64,000 bases of DNA from positions 198,312 to 262,311 of the forward strand of contig MU058205.1 of NCBI GenBank assembly GCA_013265495.1, given 5' to 3'. Under the pieces are notes generated by a model that saw only the letters and a list, made by a program, of their open reading frames with translations, did no database searches and was not told the DNA's origin. The translations under genes and the position numbers were made by a program. Positions 12,681-25,110 of the stretch are shown in pieces. The stretch's first letter is position 1. Each line of letters starts with the position of its first letter. Source of the stretch: Vicugna vicugna. Taxonomy: Eukaryota.

Positions 12681-15600
12681 GCAGGCAATATTTACATGGA
12701 AAGAGAAGCATAATGTGATAGAAGATCAGATGGAAAAATGGAATACACAGTTGTATCTCTGCTCTGGGAATGCTGATCTTCAGTGAGTGGATGTGTCCTG
12801 GTGGCTGAAGATACAGCAGCAGTGAAGAAAACAGGCTCAAATCTCTTCCTTCTTGGAGGCTGCTGTCTGGTGGAGTGTGACCGAAAGACAATAGCAACAC
12901 GAACACCATGAACTCTAGAGGATGTTGGTGGTGGTAACTGCCCAGACAAACTTGAAAGGAGGTGGGATAAGGGGTGGGGTGGGGGAGCAGGAAGATCTGC
13001 CTGCTGAGGTGCAGCAGCAGGGAGCCTGTGGGCACGTGGGAAGGCCATACAGGCAGAGGAAGGAGGGGGAGGGGCAAGCGCAAAGGCCCTGTGGCAGGAG
13101 TTTGTGGATGTGCTCCTTGGGGTGAATGAGCCTGGGTGCAGCAGCTCATGAAGGTAAGACAGCAACTGCCAGATGCTCACCACTGAAGCCTGACGAAGGG
13201 CTGAGAGAAGGCAGGACCCCTAATGGGCCCACGGACTAAAGTCAGTGTGTGTTGTCTGTCCCCATAGGGTAACCCACTCTGGGATCCTCTAGCAGCCTCC
13301 TGACCCACACATGACCCAAAATATGGGCAGACTCAGGGGTGAAAAGAAAAGAAAGTCATGCTCGTTGTGGAAGACTTGGAAAACACCCAAGAGTGAAAAG
13401 AAACATGGATCTTGAATGCGCAGGTTCACTTTTGCAGCTTCAGCCCGAGGGATGGGTGGAGAAGTCATCCAGGGCTGCTTGGCAAGAGGCCCTGCCTAAG
13501 TCCGGCTTCTTGCTGCTTTCAAAACAGCTGCATCATGCCGCTCTCCTTGACCCTTGACCCTTGACCCCACAGGCAAATGTTAAAGGCAACCAGACACGTG
13601 ATTTAAAAGAGACTCTGTGGCCATTACTCTGTGGTGTTATCAAAAATACTCCAGGGGGTCTCTGGTGGGTGTGGCGGGCTCTTTTCCAAAGACCAGGGCC
13701 CTGTGGGTTCTGTTCCCTCGGCGCCCTGCTGTGTGTGCAGCGGGGATCCGCCTCGTTCTCACCAGCAGTTTGTTTTGACTGAAGGTGCGTGAGATCATGA
13801 TCCAACAGCTGGGCCACGGGGGAGGGTGTTTTCCAGGTTCCTGACGTGATAAAAGACCTTTTTCTTGGCGAGAAACAAGTTAGCCTAAAAGGGCAGCTTT
13901 CCTGTCACTGCAAACTGCGGTTCCAGCCAGAGTATAACTGAGCTACTAAAGCGTGTCTGTGGGGGCAGGAGTGAGCAGAGAGGAGGCACCCTGGCATCTC
14001 AAATGGGGGATTTCCCCCCGGACACAGTCAAGTCTTGTAAGATCGCCACCTGGGAGATAGTGGCTGTCCCGTTGCCTGATCACGCCCAGAGATCCTGCCA
14101 TGGCTATTTAGATTGTAGATAAGGTCCTGGACATTCCTCCTCCTTGTCCCCCATTCCCTTCCTCACTTTCCCTTTCACAAATAAAGCCGCAGCTACATGA
14201 TGAGCAAACAAGCAAACAAAAATACAAACTCAAAAACCTCCCCAGACCAACTGACTTTAAAAAGACCATTTTGTGCTTGCATAAGAGTTTCCTTCCTTTC
14301 CTCCCTGACACAAATGTGTGCTAATTATAAAGAGGCCCAGGCGTCAAGGTAACACACAGCTGTATTGAAATGCAGTTGGTACAAGCAGATAGGGAAATTT
14401 GTGCAGAGCACACAGTTCTCCCCACCTTCTCCCCCAAGAAAGCTTCAAAAAACCCAGAACAGTCGGTGCTGGGAATGACTTCTTGAAGGACACAAGGAAA
14501 GCCCAGTGCCACAGGGAGCTGCTGCTTTTGCAAGTTCTGAACTTAGGCTTGGAAAATGAATCGTGAGATTTTATCCAAAACATGGGTCACTAGCTCTTCC
14601 TGACTTGCGGCACAGTCTCCAAGTGGCCACACACGACAGTGCAAGCCAACCAGGAAAAAAAGTCTGGAGAGAGGTGCATGAGAAGGGCTTGGTCCATCCC
14701 AGACCCCAGCAAGTGGCAAGAGCTTCTTATGGTTACACCATCAAATCTAGACCTTTTCCTTGGCTCGTGTGCTCACACCACACTTGAGACTTACGCTGGG
14801 CTTTATATTTAATGCAATCTTCCAGAAAAATACAAAAACCCAAATTGCCAAGCGAACATTTCTATCTGCATCTTGCCTTTTCCACCCTGTCATCTGGAGC
14901 GTGTCCGGCAGGGAGAGTGCTCCGGACAGAGTGAGCATGGCTCGCTGTCAGTCTCTCCTGGGCTGCTCACCATCCTCCTCTGGCAGGTGGGGACCCGCAG
15001 GCGTGTGGGTGGTCCACACATTGGAGTGGGGTGAGCTGGTCCCGGAGATACCCCTGACCTGGTGGGTCTGCAGCCAAACTCAGAGTCCGCACCTCAGCCA
15101 CCATGTGTCATGACCCCAGGATCAGACCATGGGGCTCATCTGGGGCTGGGAAAAGACATTCCAAAGAGCAGGGGACCTAGGAGCATGACAGTGTCATCTG
15201 GTAGAGTTGGAGATGAAGTATTGTCTCCTAAGATGAGTTCCTCCCCTCGGCCACTCCATGCCTACTCCCGGCTTCCTCCACCTGCCGAGTCTCCCATCCC
15301 TTCCTCTCCTCCCTCTAAGCAAATGGGGCCCCCGCTGAGCCTACACTGTGCTTCCCTACACATTAGCACATGTGTGCACCCCAACCCCCGGCTCCCTTGT
15401 GCACACACACCTGCGGTCAATGGGCCAGAGTGGACGGCGGGAAGTTCTGGTGGAGGGGGCCTTGGGCCCCAGTGCCCAGGTCTGAGAGCTCACGTGTGCC
15501 CTAGAGCCGTGGGAAGAGGAGAGCCAGGCAGGGTGGAGAGGGTTGTTTTCAGGAAGGTCTTCGTGAGACTCTGGGAGTACCCCACCTTGCACGGGGCTCC

Positions 15601-16669
15601 GGTGAGAAGGTGCGACAGAGTTGGGAAAAGGGCATGCATTCTTCTCACTTTTGCACAGGACACAGCATCCCTAGGGCTGTGAGACTAGAAGGGAGTGCCT
15701 CAGGGTTCCTCAGCTCTGGGAATACTCAGAGACGGGGGCCTGCTGGGCACGGGCAGCGGAGGGTGACAGCCGAGTACCCGCTGAGGTCTCTGATGCCCGC
15801 AGCCTCTTCTGACCCAGAGAAGACAGGGAGACGCCTGGCAGTGAGCACGCGGAGCGGCTGGCGCGGTGATCTCCGTGCCTCTCCATCCCTGTCCGCCTCT
15901 CTAGCTGCCATCTGTCTTTGATCTCGTCATGTGAGGTCAGCTGAGGATTTTGCTGCTCAGCAGGTGGAAGCAAAAGGCAGCAAGGCTTGGCTCCGGATGC
16001 CAGCGTGTCGTCTCTCGTTGGTACCGGCCAGCTGGTGAGGGCTTGGGACCCTTTTGCAGCGTGGCGAATGGACCGAAGCCCGGCCTGGCTGAGGAGGCCT
16101 GTGCCTCACAGGTGACTCTCAACCGAAGGAGGGTCATTAGAAAAGCAAGCAAGAAAGGGTTGTTTCTGCAAAGCAGAAATCACTACACACTGAGTGACAG
16201 TGGCAGTAAGCCAGCAGCAGCAAATGGCACGCTGCCCAGCGCCGGGCTTCCCCCGGCTTCTTTCTTCACACGCCGCAGGAGACCATCAGCTAGAAGAGAG
16301 CCTGCTGGCATCACTCCACTGTTTGCGTTTGGTCACTTATTCCCAATTCCCATGAGTCAGCCGGCAAGCTCTGCGGGGTGGGGGCGGCCATCCTGCTGGG
16401 CTGTTTTGTCTGGATGAGTGCCACGGCCTCTCTGCTGATCTACTGTCCCTGAAGGAAGAAAGGAAAAGATAGCCATCCGCGGGCAAAATATGTACCTCTA
16501 TCACTGGGGGCAGCCACAAAGCCGGAATAAGTGGTCTAGGTCAGCTAAAACGGGGGCCAACCCAAACATTAAACCAACGCAAGCCCAGGAAATGTGGTTT
16601 AACAGGAAAGATGGAAAACAGAAAAAGAAGATGGGGCGGCATGCTGCTTGCAGCCTTGTCTCAGACGCC

Positions 16670-17890
16670 GTGCTGGCAGTCGTCGTGAGGGAGAGATCAC
16701 ATGCCACGCAGGTCCCTGTGGGCTTCGGGACCGCCTCTTCCGCGCCGCTCACTGGTGGCGGTGGGCGCTGCGGACCGAGGACTCCCAGGGCTCCCCTGGG
16801 AGACGGGAGGGCGGGGGCGGGCACAGCCATTGAAGGGATGATGCAGCAACTGGCACCAAGGTGGCAGGAGGTCTGACTCCCACAGACCTTGAGCGTCAGT
16901 GTGCGTTCTTTGTAACACGCTGGCTGCTCAATGACACTCCCACAGGGGCCACGACAGTCCCGAGGCTGACCACGAAAGGCCGGAAAGTGGGCGGTGGCGC
17001 AGTTCCTGGGAACCCCAGCCGCTTCCCCAAAGTAGGTGGAACAACCCTCCCACTTGTCAGCACGTGCAGTTACCATGCCCGCGAAGACTCCCTGAGCTGT
17101 CGCCCGCTCTCGCCTTCGGAGACGGCCCACACCCTGTCTACGGAGACCGAATCTGCTTTTACCTGAAACTAAACTCCCCCCATGCCTGCTGGCCTCTCTG
17201 GCCTTCTGAGATGGCCTGCGCTCCGTCTGTGGAGTATGTCTCTCTGAATACATCTGCCTTCTCTCTACTATGGCTCGCTCTTGAATTCTTTCCTGCACGA
17301 AGCCAAGAACCCTCACTTGGTGGGGTGCATCCCAGGGACTTGCCTGGGACCTGGGACATGGCCCTCCTCTCCTGCCCCATTTTCCTGTATCACTAGAGAT
17401 GCCCTTTACCAGAGCCTGGATGCTAAAGTGACACTCCCCTGGCCTGAGACTCCGGTGTGATTGGGTTCCGCCAGCCAACTTGCCCCCCGGGAGACATGAC
17501 TGCAGAGCTGGGTGGAGTGAGGCTGGCGGCGGGGCAGGAGGGGCAGGGCTGAGGGTGAGACTCTAGACCCCGGCTCCACAGTGGGCAGCTGGTGTCAGGG
17601 TTCTGATTTCCTGGAGGCAGCCTCCTACTGCCACAGAGTGGGGAGCCCTAGAACCTGCAGCTCTGGGGGCGGCCTCCCGGGTCAGCGGGCAGCTCCCCAA
17701 GAGCAGCCGCCATGGTGGCAACTTTGGTGTCTCGTTCCGCAACGTGGCTTTGGGTGTCCTTCCTAGAAACCGGGCCTCTGGTGTTTCCTCAGCTCTCCCA
17801 GTGACTCTGTGAACCATTAAAAAACCCCAGTAAACCCTTCTCTGCTTCAACCAGCAACAGCCTGTTGTCTTGTCTGCAAATTGACACTGT
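16670..17890 (+). mobile_element. ERVL LTR16-like LTR, interrupted by a family A LTR
   Basis: GGCAGTCGTCGTGAGGGAGAGATCACATG start, sequence continuous across the insert (CTCCCCTGG / AGATGCCCTTTACC), 3' end CCAGTAAACCCTTCTCTGCTTCAACCAGC. Family assigned from memory. Confidence 0.55.
16800..17392 (+). mobile_element. ERV1-like solo LTR, family A copy 3
   Basis: Reverse complement of 1849-2505; ends TTTCCTGTATCA; near-TSD CTGG (16796-16799) / CTAG (17393-17396). Confidence 0.85.
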
Positions 17891-18379
17891 GCTAATATCC
17901 CGGTACCAAATGGACTCGCCACATCCACTTTACAGTGAGGAGCGGGGTGGCAGGGAGGCCCGAGGTGATCGTGGTAAGCTGCTGAATTTATACAGAATTT
18001 GAAAGACCAACTTGTCCACCTTCTCAGTTTCAAGACTTCTCGCCAAGCCTAATCTTACCTGCTCTGAGATCCAGGGGGAATTCTCCACAGTTTCAGTGCT
18101 GGAAGCGTGGGCTGTGCGGAGCTGGCACAGCTGCCTGTGACAGAAACACTGTCGTGGCCAGCAAGGCCTGGACACTCTAGTCACTCAGCTAGGTCACAGA
18201 CAGTGACCAGGCAACTCTTGCCATTAACATTGTTTCTTGGTGGTCAGAAAGTACCCCCAAGAAGGAGTGTACAATTTCTATTTGCTGCATTGCACGTGGG
18301 TCAGGGAGCCATTCTGAGGTTCGTGCTCTCTCCTTCCGCGTCTGCTCAGCCCTCATGTTATCCAGACTGAGGGAGACAC

Positions 18380-18770
18380 AGCGATGCCCTCCAGAGAGCC
18401 ACTTTCCAATCCCCAGGACCTGCGGATGTGTGGTTTCCTGGAAACAGAGAGATTACCTTGGACTCTCTGGTTGGGCTGGATGTAATCACAGGGGTCCTTA
18501 CATGTGGAAGAGGGAGGTGTACCAGAGGAATAATCATCAGAGATACACCGTTGCTGGTTTTCAAGATGGAGGAAAGAGGCCAAGAAGCTGGAAAAGGCAG
18601 GGACATGGAATCTCCCTCAGGTCCCCCAGGAAGAATGCAGCCCTGCTCACACCTTGACTTGAGCCCGGTGACACCTGTGTCAGACTTCCGACTGCCAGAA
18701 GTGCAGGGTAATAAATTTGTATCATATAAGCCACCAGATTTGAGGTACTTTGTTGCAGATACACAGACCT
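18380..18770 (+). mobile_element. MaLR LTR (MLT1-like)
   Basis: GTAATCACAGGGGTCCTTA, CAGCCCTGCTCACACCTTGACTT, ATAAATTTGT...TAAGCCACCAG motifs. Confidence 0.8.
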
Positions 18771-19464
18771 GAAGACTTTCCTTCATGCAAGTCCATCAAA
18801 GTCCAGTGAGTCCATAGCTAAGAAGGCTGTCTCGGGTTGTGGCTGCTGAGGGGGAGAGTTTGCAAATAAATATTATATTTCCCAAAAGACTGGCTACGGG
18901 AAAACCTTGCTTCCCTTCCCCAGTTGTGGATGGAAATCTTTAATAGCTTTGGTTGGATAGAAACAATGGGTAAATGAGATGTGAAAGCAGCATTTATGAT
19001 AGATGTATTATTCTATACAAAGCAATCTTGTCTGGGATCCTGTTTCCATAGGACCTGGAACACGATGAGAAGGCAAACTGTCCTATGTTGAAAAATTGAA
19101 TCCTGAATCAGTCGTGGGGCGGGGGAAATATAATCAAAATGTCGTTATGAATTGCTTTGTTCAGACCTACTGAATACATTATTAAAATTTAAATGTACCA
19201 TCTAAACATGGCCCAAGGAATTCAAAAGCCCTTTAAGCCATGGTCAACTGCTCTCAGGGTCAGGGCGGGGTAGGGGTTGGGGAGGCATCTCCCGCAAAGT
19301 CACCCCGAGGAGGGAGACCAGGAGACCCAGCTCTGGAGGGTCCCTCCAGGAGCTCTGCTCCAAGAGCCCAAGAGCAGAAATTTAAGAAACGTTTGTGGTC
19401 CAGAAGGCGCTCAGCCCATGACTACCACCTGATTAAGTGTCTCTGTGTTGATTCCTGTCTTCAG

Positions 19465-19749
19465 GACCAAGGAGCTAAGGAAGGAGCTGGAACCAGGGGA
19501 AGAGACTGGCTTGGGTCAGGAGGTGCAGCTGACAGAGAAAATGGAAAGTGAGCACCCTTCCTCAGAGGATGACTCTCTGGCAGTGGAAACAGCAGGGAGC
19601 CCAGATAGCCAGGAGCCGGGAGCAGAGGAGCAGGAGGGAGGCGGGGGAGAGCGAGGAGGAGCAGAAGGCCTGGGTGTCTCCTTCATCCGAGGCTCAGAGC
19701 ACCTGAGGCTCAGCCCAGGCTCAGAGGAGGAGCCGCAGGAGCCAAGGAG
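19465..19749 (+). CDS. Putative coding exon (285 nt, phase 2-2) of an unidentified Glu/Gly-rich protein
   Basis: Acceptor TTCCTGTCTTCAG, donor GAG|GTGAGA, length divisible by 3, and only one frame open across the exon: TKELRKELEPGEETGLGQEVQLTEKMESEHPSSEDDSLAVETAGSPDSQEPGAEEQEGGGGERGGAEGLGVSFIRGSEHLRLSPGSEEEPQEPR. Confidence 0.5.
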
Positions 19750-21083
19750 GTGAGAATGTGTAGGTGGATCATAAAATGGAAGGATGCCAAAGCCCCATAG
19801 ACTGGCTGTGGAGAAGTAAGGAGAGCCCAAACGTCCATGAGCAGGTCTTCATCTACCATATTTTATCCACTTGAAGAGCTGCATTTTTTTTTCACGTTTG
19901 AGTATCCTGAAATAGCTCTGTGTGTCACAGTGGAAGGTGTCTAAAATGCTGTCCCTGTCTGGGTATGAACGTGGTGGCTATCCCTGGTGGCAGGACTGGA
20001 CCACTGCGGCTCTTCGGTGTTCCCATCAACAAACAAGACAACCTGAGGAAGGAATATTGGTCCCCTTCCTTGTCTAAAGCTTTTCCATGGAACTGAATTT
20101 CAGGGGAAAACTTTTTATTAACTGGTTGTTTCTGGCAAGTTCTTGAGAGCACCAGAATCAAAACTTACAGAATGAGTCTTAGGGGCTTAGAAGATCTTGG
20201 AAAAAATCAGGGACATTTTCTAAGAAATACTGCATCTCAACAGTCAAAACTTTGACTTAAAATCACCTAGAAGAATCAGCTCTTTCAGGAGTGTAAATTA
20301 AAAATTCTGAGAGAGAATAAGCATTGTGTTATGGTTTAATTGACAATTTGTTTTCTTCCTTAGTACTTATAAAATAATGGTGTATCTATGATGTCTTGAA
20401 TTTTATGAAATCTAATCAGTCTCTCTTCAGTTATATTAATCTGATGTTAAACCCACCAAGTGAATTTTAACATTTTAGACATTGTATTTTTATTTCTAAA
20501 AGCTCTATTTGGTTCTTTTTCAAATATGCTGGCTCACTTTTTAATAGATTCCTGTGGCCTGCAGATATTTTCAAGCCTGTTTTATTTCTTTAAACACAGG
20601 GAATATAGTCATTTGATAATCTTTGTCTGATAACTCTAATATCTAATATGAAAGACATATTTATTTTGCTTATTATTTTGGCTGGCTTTATGTTTACGAT
20701 GGCTTTTTTCCCTGTGTGCTTGGTTATTTTTGACTGTGTACTGCTCATTGTCCTTGTTGTGTTTATGGACCTCTGTTGAGGAAACATTAATTGATAAAAA
20801 TCTCTGTGGTTGGTTCTTCTAGGTGCCCCCAAGAACTACCAGTCTGAGATCATATTAAATAAATTCACAGTGTGAGGTCTCCTGCATCACGCAGGCAACG
20901 TGAGGCTCTGATGCCCATCCCTTCATGTTGGTAAGGAAGTGCTTTGAATAATTAATTTAGAATGTTGAGGGTTGATTGAAATAACTTGGCTGAAATTTCT
21001 GTAGGGAAAAGTCTCTATATTATTATTATTTTATTATTTTCACTTTATAGTACCTAGTCCATGGGTACTATGGCCTTCTACAG

Positions 21084-21171
21084 GTGGGGTGAGAATCAGA
21101 GGCAGAAAGGCGAAGTTGCTGCAGAAAAAGAACAAAGTGAAAGAACAAGCGCTTTGGGGCTTACAGAGTAG
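21084..21171 (+). CDS. Putative terminal coding exon joined to 19465-19749
   Basis: Acceptor GGCCTTCTACAG; a phase-2 join gives R-WGENQRQKGEVAAEKEQSERTSALGLTE-stop (TAG 21169-21171), with the same E/Q/G bias. Confidence 0.4.
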
Positions 21172-21534
21172 ATATCACAAAGGGGGTGAACTCAACAAAC
21201 CCATGCCTGCTTTTCCTTATATCGACATGTCCTCAAAGTCCTTGGCCGGAAAGAGGCATGGTTGTTCCCTCCTACCTGTGATTTCGGTCCTCTAAGACTT
21301 GGTATCAATCACATCAATTTGGTGGCCAAGTAAGTTGTAGTATCTTTTCACTCTTTCATAAGTGGATCCCTTGACCAATATTATGATTCTTGGAGGGTGG
21401 GGATATATCTTGTCTTTCTTTTCTTATTTCCTTTAGAGTCAAGAAGAGTGCTATGCCTCTGGTATTGCTGGACAAAAACTCATTGCATAACGAATTGGTT
21501 TGGTTGATTATTTGCAGTTTCTATTAGAGCTGAA

Positions 21535-22090
21535 TTTAGAGGTGCCCTGTGATCCAGTAATCTCGCTCCTAGAAATACTCCCCCAACAAATGCTTCTTTA
21601 TGTTCCCAAAGACATGAATGAGAATGTTTGTAGCAGGATTGGAAATGATTCAAATTCTCATCAATGGTAGAATAAGCAAGTAAATCATGGTACGGTCATC
21701 CAGTGGAATACTATACATCCATGAAAATGGACAGAATATGGCCACATGCAAAACATAGAGGAATCTCACAAATAAAATGTGTGCACAATACATCAGCAAT
21801 AAGAGACTTCACACTGCATGGCTCCATGGAGATAAAATTTAAAAAGAGGCAAAACTACTCTGCAGTATTGAAAGTTAGGGTCATGATTACCTTGGGCTGG
21901 TGGTGGGGAAGGAGGAAGTGAGTAGGAGAGGGCTGGGAAGGGCTCTGCATTATCTTTCTTGGTTACATTTCTGTATCTTGTTCTGGTTTCCCTGCTAAAT
22001 TGACCTTGTGAATATCAATCAAACTGTATATTTATGATATGATTTCTCGATGTATGTTGTATTTAAAATTTTTCAAGGTAATAAAGCAGA
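21535..22090 (+). mobile_element. Old L1M 3' end
   Basis: CCCTGTGATCCAGTAATCTCGCTCCTAG, GTGGAATACTAT and GGCAAAACTA motifs. Confidence 0.7.
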
Positions 22091-22734
22091 GTTGAATGTC
22101 ATTTTCTTTTCCTAAGAAAGACCATTTTTGTTCAGTTTCTGGATCTAGAGAAGCCCTTCTTGATATGGCTTTTAAGTTCTCTCTGGGAGTTAATGTTGGG
22201 GCAACAGCATCCAACTCTGAAAATCAGCACCAGGGCCTGATACCTCTGGGGCAACTCGGAGCAACTCCAGAGATCTGTGTGAGACGTGTTTAGTACACAG
22301 ACCCACCGGGGACTCACTTGCTGCTCCACCCTCCTCAAGTGAATCTGGTCGTGTTTTACTCAGTGAAAAAATAGGGATTTTTATCATCTGCCCTTCCTTC
22401 TCTATGAAGGCGGTGGTTATGAGGATCTGTCACCAAAATCCAGCCTCCATCTCTTAGGGGACTTTGTCTCCCTCCTAGCCCCCCCCTCCAGCACTTGATC
22501 CCCTGCCAGCTGCTCTCCCCTCCTCCTTAAGAGCCCAACTGTCCGGAGGAAACTAGCAGGGCCAAGGGGCAGGGGCTTTTGTTTCCCGTTATTCTAGGAG
22601 TGGGTCTGGATGGGAGGATGATGTTAAAAGGGAGGGAAGGACATTAAAATGCAGATGGATTACCCTTTGGTTTGTTGCTCAGGACCCGGTTTCTCTCTGC
22701 ACAAGCAATCTGATTTCTCCTTGGGTCTCTAGGG

Positions 22735-22860
22735 GCTGAGAGCAGCGCGCGTGTGGACCTGGCGGGGTGATGTGCGCACATGCGCAATGGGCACAGACGG
22801 GAGGGGCGGCGCGCGACTCCCGGGAGGCCGTAGGGAGGACACCTAGAGTGGGGGCGACTT
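22735..22860. promoter_or_regulatory. Small CpG-rich promoter/enhancer-like patch
   Basis: CpG cluster, NRF1-like TGCGCACATGCGCA (22773-22786), GC box GGGAGGGGCGG (22799-22809). Confidence 0.35.
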
Positions 22861-23152
22861 TAGGAAAAATGAAGCAAGGTTTTAAAACACAGCAACAGAT
22901 TCGCATCTCAACTGAGGCGACCATCCCAGTTTTGTTGTTTCCTTTTTGCTGAACAAATCTGTTTTCAGAAATGTCCTTAGCAGTGTGAAGAATTTGGAGA
23001 GGGAAACGGGCGGGTAGCAGGTCGGGTGGTAGCAGGGGGAACCAGCGACTTGATGGGCCTGTTCTCCCATTTGTCAGAGGCGGAAACCTTTAGAAATCCC
23101 TGAGGAGAGCGACTCCGGCTCCCCACTTTGCCGTCTGTTCTGACTCACAGGC

Positions 23153-23330
23153 ACAGCAAAGCCAGATTTTGAAGAGTATGAAGTTGTAAAACTTGAGGGA
23201 CCCTCATTAAGAAAAATAATACAAAATTACAGTTACAAAACTACCAGGGCCCCTCCCAGGACCTTGAAAAAGGTTCACGTGCGTGAGGGACCCAGATTTT
23301 ACTTCATCAGCTTTGTAGTAATGCCTCCAT
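23153..23330 (+). mobile_element. hAT MITE, MER53-like
   Basis: CCCTCATTAAGAAAAATAATACAAAATTAC...GTGAGGGGACCC...CTTCATCAGCTT matches the recalled MER53 consensus. Confidence 0.55.
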
Positions 23331-23369
23331 TCACAGAACACTTTCTTTATAAAAGAAACACTTTTAAAT

Positions 23370-23592
23370 AAATTTGGAAGTTTGAGATTTACAAATGTTA
23401 GCCACTATGTGTAAAAACAGATTTTAAAAGTTTCTGCTGTATAGCACAGGGAACTATGTTTAATATCTTGTAATAACCTTTAATGAAAAAGAATATGAAA
23501 AGGAATATGTGTATATATATGTATGACTGGGACATTGTGTTGCACACCAGAAATTGACACATTGTAACTGACTGTACTTCAATTAAAAAAAA
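23370..23592 (+). mobile_element. Young L1 3' end (about 220 bp)
   Basis: Homologous to 12450-12660; A tail; TSD core AAAAGAAACACT at 23351-23362 and 23591-23602. Confidence 0.85.
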
Positions 23593-23814
23593 AAGAAACA
23601 CTACAAATAGTTGTATATAAAATAAGTGGGTAATCTAGGGTGCATTTGAAGACAGAAAGTGATATGTAAGATGAAAGTGGTAATGTGTAGAATAGGACAG
23701 AGACTAAGAACCATAACCAGCTGACTGATACCTTAAGTGCTATTGCAACAAAGTATTCTGAAATTTTCATTTGAAAGGAAATAAGGCGAATGAGAAATAT
23801 CTGATTTAAAATTG

Positions 23815-24250
23815 CAAGAGAAGTGACCCAGATGTCCACTGATGGACGAATAGATAGACAAACTCTGGTGTATCTACTGCAATATCATTCAGCCTTAAGA
23901 GGGAGGAAATTCCGATCTTTGCTACATCGTGGGTAAACCTGGAAGACACGATGCTCAATAAAATAAGCTGGTCACAAAGACACAAATACTGAGTGATTCC
24001 AGTCATATGAGGCAACTAGAACAGTCCAGTTTATAAAGACAGAAAGTAGAATGGTGATTGCCAAGGGTTAGGGGTGAGGGAGTGGGAGTTAGTGTTTAAG
24101 GGACAAAGTTTCAGTTTTGCAAGATGAAAAGAGTTCTGGAGATAGACGTGGTGATGGTTGCACAGCAATGAATGCCACTGAACTGTATAGTTAAAAGTGA
24201 TTTAAATGGTACATTTTATGTTATATATATACATATAACCACAATTCAAA
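23815..24250 (+). mobile_element. Older L1 (L1MA/MB-like) 3' end
   Basis: ATGTCCACTGATGGACGAAT, GACAGAAAGTAGAATGGTG, GTTTCAGTTTTGCAAGATGAAAAGAGTTCTGGAGA. Confidence 0.8.
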
Positions 24251-25110
24251 CAATGGCGAGAGAGATTTGCAGCTACAGTTCCTACTGCCTCTTAGCTGGG
24301 AGAGACTTTCCAAAAACAATTTCTTGCAGGCTTGGAACTTTCCAAATCAAACATCCTCAAACATGGAAAATTTCAGACATGCACTTCTATCTGGTTTCGG
24401 GACATCAGAATGTGGTTAACCTTGTTTAAATTGAAAAAAATCAAAAGACTTTTTCTTTCCAATGATTAAGAAGTCATGTGACCCTAGAATCTGATTTGGT
24501 TTCCAAGGCACACGCAGGACTGAGCAGGGAGCTCCATTTCTGCATGAGTCATCCTCACGGGCAGGGGTGGCTTGGTGGCTCCTGGGGCGCAGGTGTGCAC
24601 TGCGAGATGTCAAAGGCCTGCAGGACACTCCATTCTTTGCTGCTAGTGGTAGTAGCATGATGGCCACTTCTTTGTCCCCCACCCCAACTGTAACTTCTGC
24701 TCAGGGCTAAATTGCACCTTGCTCCTCCAGCGACCTCAGGGGGATTTGGAGAAGCTTAATGAAAAATGCGGTGGGAAACCCAACAAGCTGGTTGGCAGGA
24801 AGCATGATAAGAATACGAGTCATTTTGCAGCCCCCACCAACCTGGCGCTGTAGCGGCCACCCCTCCCCCTTCAACTCTGGCCTGTACGAAAGACCCACGG
24901 AGAGACTGGGCAGCCGAGACCCCAAAGACCGAGAATTCAAAACCTGAGTCGTGAAGGAAGTGTCTGCAGTTCTCCCAGGGTGACACGGCCTCACCTCAGG
25001 GGAGCTGCTCTTAGACCATCAACTCGTCTAACGCATTACTTCCTGGGAAACGGGTGCAGGCTGTTTATAATGCTCAAGGCTATGATTTTTATTTAATATC
25101 ATGTACTAGA

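Noticed and set aside
16501..17478. 325-aa minus-strand ORF, the longest in the track
   Set aside because: Runs antisense through two nested LTRs; no gag/pol/env or other recognisable motifs.
17937..17974. 38-nt micro-exon (TTTACAG ... GTG|GTAAGC) as upstream coding exon of the acidic ORF
   Set aside because: The phase needed to join 19465 in frame starts with TGA. It could only be a UTR exon, and nothing else supports it.
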